A stretch of 64,000 bases of DNA from an uncultured Acidobacteriota bacterium (lineage in GTDB: Bacteria; Acidobacteriota; Thermoanaerobaculia; Multivoradales; UBA5704), in contig CAWCIU010000008.1 in assembly GCA_963795735.1 (NCBI GenBank), positions 1,751,836 to 1,815,835 on the forward strand. The letters run 5' to 3'. This document shows positions 35,849 through 44,489 of this stretch, one piece after another. A program made the position numbers and the translations under genes. The notes under the pieces are model-generated. The model searched no databases. It saw nothing but the letters and a program-made list of their open reading frames with translations, and was not told the DNA's origin. Numbering within the stretch: position 1 is the stretch's first letter; every line of letters begins with the position of its first letter.

Positions 35849-36016
35849 CCCTCATCACCCCGGCCCTCTTCTCCCACCTCCCCCCCTTCCGCCGGGAGAA
35901 GAGGGAGTGGTTAGCTCAAGAAAAGAAAAAGAAAGAAGAAGCGGTTGGTTTTAGCCCTCTCTCTCCCGGCGGTCGGGGGGGAGGCTGGGAGAGAGAGGGT
36001 TGGGAGAGTGAGGGCC
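35849..36016. repeat. Empty MITE/RPE-like element: forward unit 35849-35914 and reverse unit ~35955-36016 separated by ~40 bp A-rich spacer
   Basis: Both units match the family consensus. The spacer is aaaagaaaaagaaagaagaagcggttggttttag. Confidence 0.75.
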
Positions 36017-36114
36017 GCCCCGGAGGGGCGCCGGCGACGTTGCCTGTAAGACGTTACCAGTAAGACGTGCCTGTACGACGTGCCTGGAAGAGGCCTGCCT
36101 TCCCAGGCCCCCCC

Positions 36115-36510
36115 TCAGAACGCCTCCGCCCCCGCCTCCGCGACCGCCTGGTCCTGCTTGCCCATGCCGCCGCTCACCCCGACGGCGCCGACCACCTTGC
36201 CGTCGCGCTTGAGGGGGATGCCGCCGGCGAAGATCATCACCTTGCCGCCGTTCGAGGCGTGGATGCCGAAGAACTGGTCGCCGGACTGGCTCTGCTTGCC
36301 CAGATCGCCGGTCTCGATGTCGAAGGCGCGCGCGGTCCAGGCCTTCTTGATCGAGATGTCCACGCTGCCGATCCAGGCGTTGTCCATCCGGACGTGGGCG
36401 ACCAGGTTGCCGCCGGCGTCCACCACCGCGATGTTCATCGGCTGGCCGATGTCGGCGGCCTTGGCTTCCGCGGCGGCGATGATCCGGCGCGCGTCTGTGA
36501 GTGTGATCAT
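36115..36510 (-). CDS. GlcG/HbpS-like heme-binding protein (DUF336)
   Basis: MITLTDARRIIAAAEAKA...AVVDAGGNLVAH...AVGVSGG is typical of GlcG. Confidence 0.75.
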   Translation of the reverse strand: MITLTDARRIIAAAEAKAADIGQPMNIAVVDAGGNLVAHVRMDNAWIGSVDISIKKAWTARAFDIETGDLGKQSQSGDQFFGIHASNGGKVMIFAGGIPLKRDGKVVGAVGVSGGMGKQDQAVAEAGAEAF

Positions 36511-36721
36511 GACGTTCTTCCTCCGAGTGTAAAATCTGCCTTAAGGGATACCAACCTCTCCGCGGGAGGGCCGGCCGCCACGCCGTCCTGGACGGAGGTC
36601 GTGGACGGAGGAAACTCGTCCTTGCAGAAAACCTGCCGGTGTGTCCCTTCCTGAGGAGGTGTCCTGCTCGAGGATCAGGAGCTGGTATGCTGTCCGTGAA
36701 AGAGAGCCAGGAAACCCGTTC

Positions 36722-36958
36722 ATGCGAGCCATCAAGCTTCAAGCCCACGTCGAGAAGGATCACACCCTGAGCCTCAAGCTCCCGGAGGACGTGCGCGAGG
36801 GTCCCGCGGAAGTCATTGTCCTCGTCCCGGACAAAGCCGCGAAGCCCTCCCACTCGCTGAGCGATTTCTTGACCCGACTGCCTCGCCGTCCTCGCCAACT
36901 CCGCTCGAAGGAAGAGATCGACCGCTACCTGGAACAAGAGCGCCAGAGCTGGAAGTAG
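36722..36958 (+). CDS. type II antitoxin (VapB-like), 78 aa
   Basis: Small acidic/basic protein immediately upstream (2-bp gap) of a PIN toxin gene. Confidence 0.5.
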   Translation: MRAIKLQAHVEKDHTLSLKLPEDVREGPAEVIVLVPDKAAKPSHSLSDFLTRLPRRPRQLRSKEEIDRYLEQERQSWK

Positions 36959-36960
36959 CA

Positions 36961-37371
36961 ATGGCGAGCGTCTACCTGGACAGCTGCATCGTCATTTATC
37001 TGATTCAAGGTCCAGAAGAGCTGAGCAAGGCCATTCTCCAGGCTCTCCGCCCAAGCGAGGGAGAACCTCCCTGGTCCTTGTTCTCGGATCTGACCCGGCT
37101 GGAGTGCAGAGTCTGGCCCATGCGGCAGGGCAATGACCAACTCCTTCACCAGTTTGATGAATTCTTTGCGAGCGAGGATCTCACTAGAATTCCCATGACG
37201 GCCGAAACCTTCGACCTCGCGACAGAACTACGAAGTCTCCATGGCGTCAAGACGCCTGATGCACTGCATCTCGCGGCTGCCATTCTTGGAGAGTGCCAGG
37301 AGTTTTGGACCAATGACCTGCGGCTGAGCGCGTCAGCCGAGAAACGGATCGAGGTCAGGGTCTTCTCGTAA
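36961..37371 (+). CDS. vapC: PIN-domain toxin VapC
   Basis: YLDSCIVIYL (Asp in strand 1), TNDLRL near the C-terminus. PIN fold, 136 aa. Confidence 0.7.
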   Translation: MASVYLDSCIVIYLIQGPEELSKAILQALRPSEGEPPWSLFSDLTRLECRVWPMRQGNDQLLHQFDEFFASEDLTRIPMTAETFDLATELRSLHGVKTPDALHLAAAILGECQEFWTNDLRLSASAEKRIEVRVFS

Positions 37372-37466
37372 GTGGGCTGGGGGTAGCCAGGACGGCTGAT
37401 CACGGGTTTTCTTCGCAGAAAGCCTGCCGGTTTCCTTTCCCGGGGATCGGCCGGGAGGGGAAGCCT

Positions 37467-38063
37467 TCAGCGGCAGAGGACCATCGAGACGGCCAGCGCG
37501 AGCAGGGTGACCAGGGCGGCGAGCCCCAGCCCCGCCGGCAGCGCCAGGGGCGGCGGACCTCGCCGGAGGAGCGGGCGGGCGGCGAGGACCACGGTGGTCA
37601 GGGAGATCGCCAGGAAGACGAGCCCCACGGCGAGCGCGGCGGTCCAGCCGGCCTCCCGGAGCAGGAGCGCCATCACGGCCCCGCCGAGAGCGGAGTAGAT
37701 GACCGGCACGCCGATCAGGATCCAGAGCCATTCCCCCAGGCTCACCGGTCCGGACGGCGGCGGGGGCTCCTCGACCCTCCGCAGCCGGCCGCGATGGAGC
37801 CACAGGACCACACCGGCGGCGGCCATCAGGGCGAAATGCAGCCAGAGGAACCGGTCGACATACCAGCCGGTCGCCGGCGGGTAGTACCGCCAGTGGCCGC
37901 CGCGGAACCGGATGCCGTACGTGTGGAGGGCGTCGGGAGCCGGCACCCATCCCCACGTCGTCAGCGCATAGCCCACCCAGAAATTGACGAACAGGAGGAC
38001 GAAGACCACCCCGAAGGCCACCGGGGTCCGGCCGGTCCAGACGAAGCGGACGGACGTTTTCAT
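37467..38063 (-). CDS. integral membrane protein (5-6 TM), unknown function
   Basis: Hydrophobic profile. Adjacent to the tandem repeat array and the peptide genes. Confidence 0.4.
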   Translation of the reverse strand: MKTSVRFVWTGRTPVAFGVVFVLLFVNFWVGYALTTWGWVPAPDALHTYGIRFRGGHWRYYPPATGWYVDRFLWLHFALMAAAGVVLWLHRGRLRRVEEPPPPSGPVSLGEWLWILIGVPVIYSALGGAVMALLLREAGWTAALAVGLVFLAISLTTVVLAARPLLRRGPPPLALPAGLGLAALVTLLALAVSMVLCR

Positions 38064-38165
38064 CGATCGTTTCCCGCCGGCGGTCCCCCAGGGAGGGGGC
38101 CAGCGCCGCGAAGCTTATCCGACCGGAAGACGCCGGCGCCGTGTCCGCCGGCGCGCCTTCCGCCA

Positions 38166-38360
38166 AGGTTGGCGCAGAGCGCGTGAAGCTTGGCGCGGAG
38201 TGCGCGAAGCTTGGCGGGGAACGCGTGAAGGTTCGCGCGGAAGGCGTGAAGCTTGGCGCAGAGCACGCGAAGCTTGGCGCAGACCGCGTGAAGCTTGACG
38301 TGGAGCGCGTGAAGCTTGGCGCAGAGCGCGTGAAGGTTGGCGCGCTCTGCGCCAAAGCGA
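38166..38360. repeat. Tandem array of ~9 x 21-bp units (consensus ttGGCGCAGAGCGCGTGAAGC, each containing AAGCTT), ending in a perfect palindrome ggcgcgctctgcgcc
   Basis: Seen directly: ggcgcagagcgcgtgaagctt ggcgcggagtgcgcgaagctt ggcggggaacgcgtgaaggtt ... Period is 21 bp, i.e. two helical turns. Confidence 0.8.
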
Positions 38361-38415
38361 AGAAAGCGCCTTCACCCTGCCAGGAGCGGAGCCCCGGCCG
38401 CACCTTCCCTGCTTC

Positions 38416-38583
38416 TCAGCAGCAGATGGTGACCCTGCAACTGTGGCAGGCGGTCTTGCACGAGGTATCGAAGGAATCGCAGATGGCAGCGGTACGACCG
38501 ACCGCCCAGCGGAGCCACTCGCCGGTGTCGAGCGAGCTCAGAGTCTCCCGGTGCAGGGTCAGCTTCTTTTGGCTCTTCTTCAT
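38416..38583 (-). CDS. bacteriocin/RiPP-like precursor peptide (55 aa): leader MKKSQKKLTLHRETLSSLDT..., Cys-rich core ...AICDSFDTSCKTACHSCRVTICC
   Basis: Strong RBS aaggagg 6 nt before the ATG. Not in the ORF track because it is under 60 aa. The leader is conserved with the neighbouring peptide. 7 Cys in the last 22 residues. Confidence 0.6.
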   Translation of the reverse strand: MKKSQKKLTLHRETLSSLDTGEWLRWAVGRTAAICDSFDTSCKTACHSCRVTICC

Positions 38584-38770
38584 ACGGGGCCTCCTTTTTG
38601 AAGAGCTGCCATTCTACTCCCCAATTCGCCCTGCGGTGCTCCCGGCGGGACGTCTTTTCTAAGGGTTCGCCGCTCCATCGGCCACGCCCGGGTGAGAAGG
38701 TCCCCAGCCGGGGCGGCGTCTCGGAGCCGTCCGGACCCGCCACCCCGTCCTCAATCGGAAAACGACCGCG

Positions 38771-38998
38771 CTACTGGGCGCAGACGCACCAGGAGAAGGC
38801 GTTGGAGTCGGCGCAATGATTGGCGTCCCCCGAGGCGCAGAACTGCTCGTTGCAGTACGTGTACGACGCACCGCACACGTTGACGCTGTCGCACCCGGGT
38901 CCGCTCAAGGTGCCGCCGATGACGTGCCCGAGGGCAGGGTCCGTCAGATGCCGCAAGGTCTACCGGTGGAGAGTCAGGCTCTTCTTCAGCCTCTTCAT
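38771..38998 (-). pseudogene. second bacteriocin/RiPP-like precursor with in-frame TAG in leader: MKRLKKSLTLHR*TLRHLTDPALGHVIGG-TLSGPGCDSVNVCGASYTYCNEQFCASGDANHCADSNAFSWCVCAQ
   Basis: RBS ggagga plus ATG at 38998. The TAG sits at the codon that is GAG (Glu) in the paralog. Downstream is a double-glycine-type leader end (VIGG) and an 8-Cys core. The ORF-track call 38771..38956 starts at an internal TTG. Confidence 0.55.
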
Positions 38999-39527
38999 GT
39001 TTGTATCCTCCTACCGTCCAGAGTGCGTTCCGCGCCGGAAGGCGATACGGGCCGCCGAGAGGGCGGGGAGGGCTGGTTCACTCCCGTGAGAACGAAGACC
39101 GGCCCTGCGAGCCAGCAACGCCCGTCCTCGGAGGCGGTAGAGACGTTCCCAGGCGATGAACGACATCTTGGGGAGTCCACGGGGACGGCGGGACGTCTCT
39201 TCGGAGGGTTCGCCGAGATCCCGTAAAGGTCGACACACATCCCGTAACGTTCGCACTGTGCGCCAAGGCTGGGGGAGCCCCGGCAAGCTATGGGAGAGTG
39301 TGGAAGGTGGCAAAGACAGCGCGAATACTGGCGGAAAGTTAACGATGGACTTTTCAACGTGTTTCGCTTGAGATACAATGGCTCTATAAGCTAACCTGAG
39401 GCCTCCTGAAGGGTATGAACGAAGCGGCTGCCTGTCGAAGACATGGCTCTGCACTTCCAGACAACGGGTGAGGAATGAGGATTATTGGTTGGCATTCGTG
39501 TGTCATATCTCTGGGATCACTTGAATT

Positions 39528-41597
39528 TTGCACATCTTCATGACTTCACGCCAGTCAACATCTAGTCTCCAGAGCCGAGAGATACTGCTTCTTGAGGATA
39601 ACTCCGGGGCGTCGGAGAGGCGACATCAGGTCGGCGTCTCTCGTCAAATCGTTCACTCTACCATTACCATCAGGGTGCACCGAATAAGCGGTACATCTTC
39701 GCAACTAGCTGCGAGCAGGACCTACAAAGTCGGAACCTTATCCGGCGAGCGCAATGGGCGCATCCAACTCGCTATGCGTCTCCTTGATCGGGCTAAGCCT
39801 AAGAAGGGCTGCGTCGTCGCAGCTGGGACATCCTATGGCTCTGCGGCGACCTTTTTGAGGGCGCTGTCCAATATTGGTCTGTCCTTCGTTGTTCAGGTGA
39901 GGCCCAGCACATTGCTTGACGTGCTCGGAACGAAGGCTAAACTAAGCACGGCCGGGGAGCTACTGGCTGGAGGCCAATGGGAGGCGGTGACGTTGCCACT
40001 GCTGGACGGGACAAAAGTGGACTATGTAGCTGCTAAGCTGGCAGATGTCGACCTAACCATAGGTCCCGCCAAGCTCTTTGCCGCTCGTGTCGGTGGTGTA
40101 GAGGGCGCTCAGCGGAGTACGATCATCGGCCTCTCTTCCTTTGACGCGAGCATAAGTGAGCTTGTACAGATCATCGGCTACACACGATGGATAAGGCCGA
40201 TCTCCCGGAGACAGGACAGAGCGGCACGGGGGGTAGCCGGACGTGCGGAGCCAGAAGGTAATGCAGCAACTCTGAGAGCCCGCGCCAATATCACATCAGC
40301 TCGCCAGCAGGATGATCGTGCCAGAGAGGGGAATATGTACGTCCTCGGGTACTCCCCAAGAGGAGTTCTGCAATCCTGTGGGTCAACTCTTAACGTCGCA
40401 GAGTTGTTTGCGGGCGCCGGTGGTATGGGGCTTGGCTTTCTCTTGGCAACCGGAGGAGAGGGACGCTACCGTCTCGTATATTCCGGAGAAGTGAATCCAA
40501 TCTACGTCCAGACGCTTCGAACGAACCATGAAGCATTACCGGGCGTCGTGGGCGGAGCCGGTGAAGCGCTTATTCCCGAGTATACGGAGGCGGCGGATCT
40601 GCGACGAGAGGAAACCCTGGCTAGCGTCAAAGAGGTCGGGTGCCAAAAGGGTGGCATTCACGTGCTCATTGGTGGCCCCCCATGCCAAGGATTTTCCATG
40701 GCTAATCGCAATTCTTGGCACGGTCGCAACCCGCACAATCGCCTCGTGGATGTATTTTTTAAATACGTCGAAGAGCTCCGCCCAAAAGTCTTCCTAATGG
40801 AGAACGTGCAGGGGATCCTCTGGACTCCTAAGGGAGGTAGGCCGGTCTCGGTTGTTGACGTCATAGAACGTCGTATGCGAGCGGCAGGCTACATAGTATT
40901 TCCAAAGCTACTCGACGCAGTATGGTATGGCGTGCCTCAGCATAGGACTCGCTTCTTTCTAATGGGACTCCACCGTGATCTTGGATATCGCTCCGACAGC
41001 TTTGGAGAATGGGGGCCGTTTCCTGTTCCGACGCATGGCGGAGAGTCCTCGCCGTGGGTAACGACAAGGGAAGCACTTGCCGATCTTCCCCGCATAGGCA
41101 ATGGTGCGTCGGTGGAGGATCTCGCCTATATTGACCCTTCGCCTGCTGCGCTAAAACAGAATCCATTCCTCAATTACATCAGGGATGGGGCTGAGCGTGG
41201 TTTGGTCTTTGACCACGTAACCTCTAGGCATGCTGAATATGTAATCGACCGCTATCGTAAAATACCGCCTGGCGGTAATTGGGAAAGCATCCGCGAAGAA
41301 CTATCTAACTACGCCGATGTTTCGCGCACCCACAGCAATATTTACCGTCGCCTGCGATGGGACGAACCATCTATTACGATTGGACATTATCGCAAGAGTA
41401 TGCTCGTGCACCCTAGTCAGCATCGAGGTCTCTCCCTTCGCGAGGCGGCGCGGCTGCAATCGTTTCCCGATTGGTTTCACTTCGCGGGAACAGTAAGCGG
41501 GCGTGATGGAGGAATTGTTCATAAACAACAGCAACTCGCTAATGCTGTCTGCCCGCTGGTAACGAAAGCTGTTGCAGAGTTCATCCTGCATCTATGA
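39528..41597 (+). CDS. DNA (cytosine-5)-methyltransferase with ~280-aa N-terminal extension of unknown function; DruM-like
   Basis: Motif I AELFAGAGGMGLGF, motif IV PPCQGFSMANR, ENV motif FLMENVQG, later QSFPDWFHF. Lower GC than flanking DNA. Confidence 0.8.
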   Translation: MHIFMTSRQSTSSLQSREILLLEDNSGASERRHQVGVSRQIVHSTITIRVHRISGTSSQLAASRTYKVGTLSGERNGRIQLAMRLLDRAKPKKGCVVAAGTSYGSAATFLRALSNIGLSFVVQVRPSTLLDVLGTKAKLSTAGELLAGGQWEAVTLPLLDGTKVDYVAAKLADVDLTIGPAKLFAARVGGVEGAQRSTIIGLSSFDASISELVQIIGYTRWIRPISRRQDRAARGVAGRAEPEGNAATLRARANITSARQQDDRAREGNMYVLGYSPRGVLQSCGSTLNVAELFAGAGGMGLGFLLATGGEGRYRLVYSGEVNPIYVQTLRTNHEALPGVVGGAGEALIPEYTEAADLRREETLASVKEVGCQKGGIHVLIGGPPCQGFSMANRNSWHGRNPHNRLVDVFFKYVEELRPKVFLMENVQGILWTPKGGRPVSVVDVIERRMRAAGYIVFPKLLDAVWYGVPQHRTRFFLMGLHRDLGYRSDSFGEWGPFPVPTHGGESSPWVTTREALADLPRIGNGASVEDLAYIDPSPAALKQNPFLNYIRDGAERGLVFDHVTSRHAEYVIDRYRKIPPGGNWESIREELSNYADVSRTHSNIYRRLRWDEPSITIGHYRKSMLVHPSQHRGLSLREAARLQSFPDWFHFAGTVSGRDGGIVHKQQQLANAVCPLVTKAVAEFILHL

Positions 41598-41598
41598 C

Positions 41599-43596
41599 AT
41601 GAGCTCCTTCGAAAGGTATACCCTCTGGAACTATATGTTGGCGGAGCAATGCCTGCTAACGGGTTCTAATCAAGGCGCTGTACTGCTCACGGTAACGCCG
41701 CGGATCCTCGCTGCTGCGTTGGATGAGGCTAAAGAAGGATTGCAATCACCTGAGGAGGCTGAGGCGGACTTCGTTACAGCTGTAACATTTGTTTATAAGG
41801 AACATGTGCTGCGAAGGCCAGAAAGGTTGCGAGCTTTAAAGTCGTCGGATAAGACAGAGGTTCCCTTAAGTGTCGGGTTCCTCGCTCTTTCCGTTCTCGC
41901 TGCCTACCGTATGCGTACTGATGGTGAGCGCACAGGACGGGCCTATTATGCGAGGCTTGGCGAGATGGTCGGCTGTGGGCTAGTTGGTAATTTTCCCCTA
42001 GGGTTTGATCCAGATGCATTCGTGGAATTATGGGATGAGCTGGCGCAATGGCTCGAAACTCAGTACGGCCGACGGCTTGTCCTTCCTGTGGCTGGGGGTG
42101 TGCAAAAGTTCGTAGCCTACCCTCTTGCACATGTTCCATTGCGACGAGTGGACATTGATCGACTACCGCAGTTCTTTGATTCCTACGGTTACGAGCCAGG
42201 GATGCGCGCTCCGTTGGATTCGCTTGCCTACGATCTCTATAAAGGAGCCGGTCCTTGGCGACATCTAACGAGAGTAGGTCAACGTGCTCTGGAAGATCCG
42301 GGCCGTCGTCCTTTCGTGATTCGGCAAGTCGCCCATGAACTCGAGCACTGGGATGGCTGTCGAACTGACTCATACGGCACGCGGATAGCCACCATCGCAT
42401 TGTGGATGGACATCCGTCGACGGCGGGTTCAACTCTCCTTGCTCGCCAGACGGCCCCAGGGCTTTCCTGAAGAAATTGAGAATGAAGATCTTGTTTTTGT
42501 TTCAAGCCAAGAGGGATGGTACGAGCCAATCCTGCTCGGGCCCGATGACGGTGCTCTTCTCAGTGAGGGTCTTCGAATAGACGCCTGTGCATCCGGCAGT
42601 CGCTGTCTTCTCCAGCTTCGTGGATTCACTGTCGTTCCGTTAACGCCCTCTGAAGAGTATGCGGGTCTTGTTTCGGATTCCGTCCTGCGCGCGGGCACGC
42701 GATGTGCGGTGCTCTGTGCGGAATCGATGATTGAGGATGTTTCTCGATACCTTGAGTTGCTGAACAACGGGCCCGTTTATCCTCGCCGCGATGAGAACCT
42801 ACCTAAAGGCTGGTGCCTGTTCACCGATGTCGAGCTGTCTTCCGATGCCGCTCCGCCGGTTGGCCTCGAGCGTCTCCGGGCCGAGGCCAGTATTGCTCTG
42901 GTCCCTGTGGGAGGGCTGCGCCTCGGGCGTCGTTGGACTTGGCTGGAAGGTGCATCTGCGTGCCTCAGGATCGTCGGCGCTCGTCAAGGGCTAGAAGTAC
43001 GCGTCGATGGGCAAGAGGCGAAACTGGACAGCGAAGGACATCTGCCTGCCGCTCTCTTGAGGGCCGAAGGAACGCATGTTGTTGAGGTCGGTAACCGGTT
43101 GAGACAACTGATCGCTGTACTACCTGGCGCCGTGAATCCGGAGTGCAGGTCTTGGGAATGCAACGAGCCAATTCTCAGCCGGATTCCCGTAGCAGTACCT
43201 GAGGGACATTGGGCTGTTATTGGGTCCGTACCTGGCGAACTCGCAACCGTATTTGCGTCTTCCGAAGGTGCGCTCATCCGGCCAGACTTCTTTGCCCGGT
43301 GGGCAGTGAAGATAGGTACTCGTCGTAGTGCAACCGCGCTTCATCTCCATGACGTGGGTGCCTCTTTAATGGCCGAGTGGGATAGGGATGACGTAACAAG
43401 GATTCAAGCCCCGTGTTTACGCGCGGGGTTTACTTCGGCTCAGTCGTGGGCGGAAATAATCTATCAGGCCGGAATTCGCAGACCGCATCTCGTGTGTACA
43501 TTAAAGTGCCAAGTCCAGGAGCTTGCAGCTGAATGGCGACGCTTAATGGAGAAGGCACGCTCTGTGAAGCGGGAGATAAAGAGGGGGCGCCGGTGA
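41599..43596 (+). CDS. hypothetical protein (665 aa), DruF-like position in Druantia type II-like operon
   Basis: The ATG lies 2 nt after the MTase stop. No recognisable motifs. Confidence 0.5.
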   Translation: MSSFERYTLWNYMLAEQCLLTGSNQGAVLLTVTPRILAAALDEAKEGLQSPEEAEADFVTAVTFVYKEHVLRRPERLRALKSSDKTEVPLSVGFLALSVLAAYRMRTDGERTGRAYYARLGEMVGCGLVGNFPLGFDPDAFVELWDELAQWLETQYGRRLVLPVAGGVQKFVAYPLAHVPLRRVDIDRLPQFFDSYGYEPGMRAPLDSLAYDLYKGAGPWRHLTRVGQRALEDPGRRPFVIRQVAHELEHWDGCRTDSYGTRIATIALWMDIRRRRVQLSLLARRPQGFPEEIENEDLVFVSSQEGWYEPILLGPDDGALLSEGLRIDACASGSRCLLQLRGFTVVPLTPSEEYAGLVSDSVLRAGTRCAVLCAESMIEDVSRYLELLNNGPVYPRRDENLPKGWCLFTDVELSSDAAPPVGLERLRAEASIALVPVGGLRLGRRWTWLEGASACLRIVGARQGLEVRVDGQEAKLDSEGHLPAALLRAEGTHVVEVGNRLRQLIAVLPGAVNPECRSWECNEPILSRIPVAVPEGHWAVIGSVPGELATVFASSEGALIRPDFFARWAVKIGTRRSATALHLHDVGASLMAEWDRDDVTRIQAPCLRAGFTSAQSWAEIIYQAGIRRPHLVCTLKCQVQELAAEWRRLMEKARSVKREIKRGRR

Positions 43597-44489
43597 AGTG
43601 GGACTTGCTGCTTGAGTGGATGACACACATGGGCTCGGGCCACTGGGGTGCATTCCGCGAGGCCGTGGCGGAGCTTGCCGACCCCGATGATCCTGAGATG
43701 CCGGTGCTGGCCCAGAAGCTTCGTATTGCTCTTTCGGACCTTGGCCACGTGGATTTTTTCGTTGATGGGCCCCGACGCTGGCAGGTACTGCGGCCGGCCT
43801 TAGTTGGCTTGGCTGGTAGCAACGCGCACCTGTTCGTAGGCGGTCGTACCCGGCATCTTGCCGAGAAGTTGACATCGAGCCTGCTGGAAGGTGGAGCGTC
43901 GGTATCCATCACAAAAATCAATCCCGGGCTTGCACGTATCTGCCTGGAGGGCCCACAAGAGATTCTGCGCGCGACCGCCAAAGACCTCGGGCTTGAATAT
44001 GTGCCTGTAGCCTCAGCTCTGCTTGCTTCCCGACTTCTGCCGCTGCGGCATACGATCGAGTGGGCTCCTGCTCGTCCAGAGCCGATCAACTGGGCCGTAC
44101 GATCGTGGTCGTTTGAGAGCAAAGCGTGGATTCATGGCAGGTTCGCGCGTACTGCACTAGAGTACACTAACCGGCATGGGGCAAGTAGATACATGATCGA
44201 TCTTGGCCATGCCGGCCTTCGGGACTTCAACAAGCGCGTATCCATTTACGGGGCGGCTTTTTTGAAGGGTAGGCGGATTATCCGCTACTGCTTCGAGAGA
44301 GAACGCCTTCTGGTACCCCGTTGGGCTCCACTCCCGGAGCCTTATTCCCGTGTGGCGTGCTTGGCTGGCGGGCAACTCGCCACCGTTCAGGAAGATGATC
44401 TTGTCTTTGAATCCGTCACCCCCAATATAGCGTCGATGCTCTTGATTGCACTAGGACAGGGGTATCCAAAGCACGGAGATGTTTTATGA
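43593..44489 (+). CDS. hypothetical protein (~298 aa), DruG-like position
   Basis: GTG start overlapping the upstream stop (GTGA) with RBS agaggggg. The stop overlaps the next ATG (ATGA). Confidence 0.5.
   Translation: MKWDLLLEWMTHMGSGHWGAFREAVAELADPDDPEMPVLAQKLRIALSDLGHVDFFVDGPRRWQVLRPALVGLAGSNAHLFVGGRTRHLAEKLTSSLLEGGASVSITKINPGLARICLEGPQEILRATAKDLGLEYVPVASALLASRLLPLRHTIEWAPARPEPINWAVRSWSFESKAWIHGRFARTALEYTNRHGASRYMIDLGHAGLRDFNKRVSIYGAAFLKGRRIIRYCFERERLLVPRWAPLPEPYSRVACLAGGQLATVQEDDLVFESVTPNIASMLLIALGQGYPKHGDVL

Noticed and set aside
38141-38662. 173-aa plus-strand ORF with heptad repeats (GAERVKLGAE...)
   Set aside because: The heptads are produced by translating the 21-bp tandem DNA repeat. 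There is no RBS. The region is interpreted as a non-coding repeat array.
38960-38965. TAG in precursor peptide 2 as a genetically encoded non-canonical amino acid (pyrrolysine)
   Set aside because: No pyl gene cluster or tRNA-Pyl is evident. The paralog has Glu at this position. A point mutation or error is far more parsimonious.
39000-39530. Possible tRNA/att site or integrase at the left edge of the lower-GC island
   Set aside because: No cloverleaf-compatible sequence, direct repeat shared with the right boundary, or recombinase ORF could be identified by eye. Needs tRNAscan and comparative genomics.
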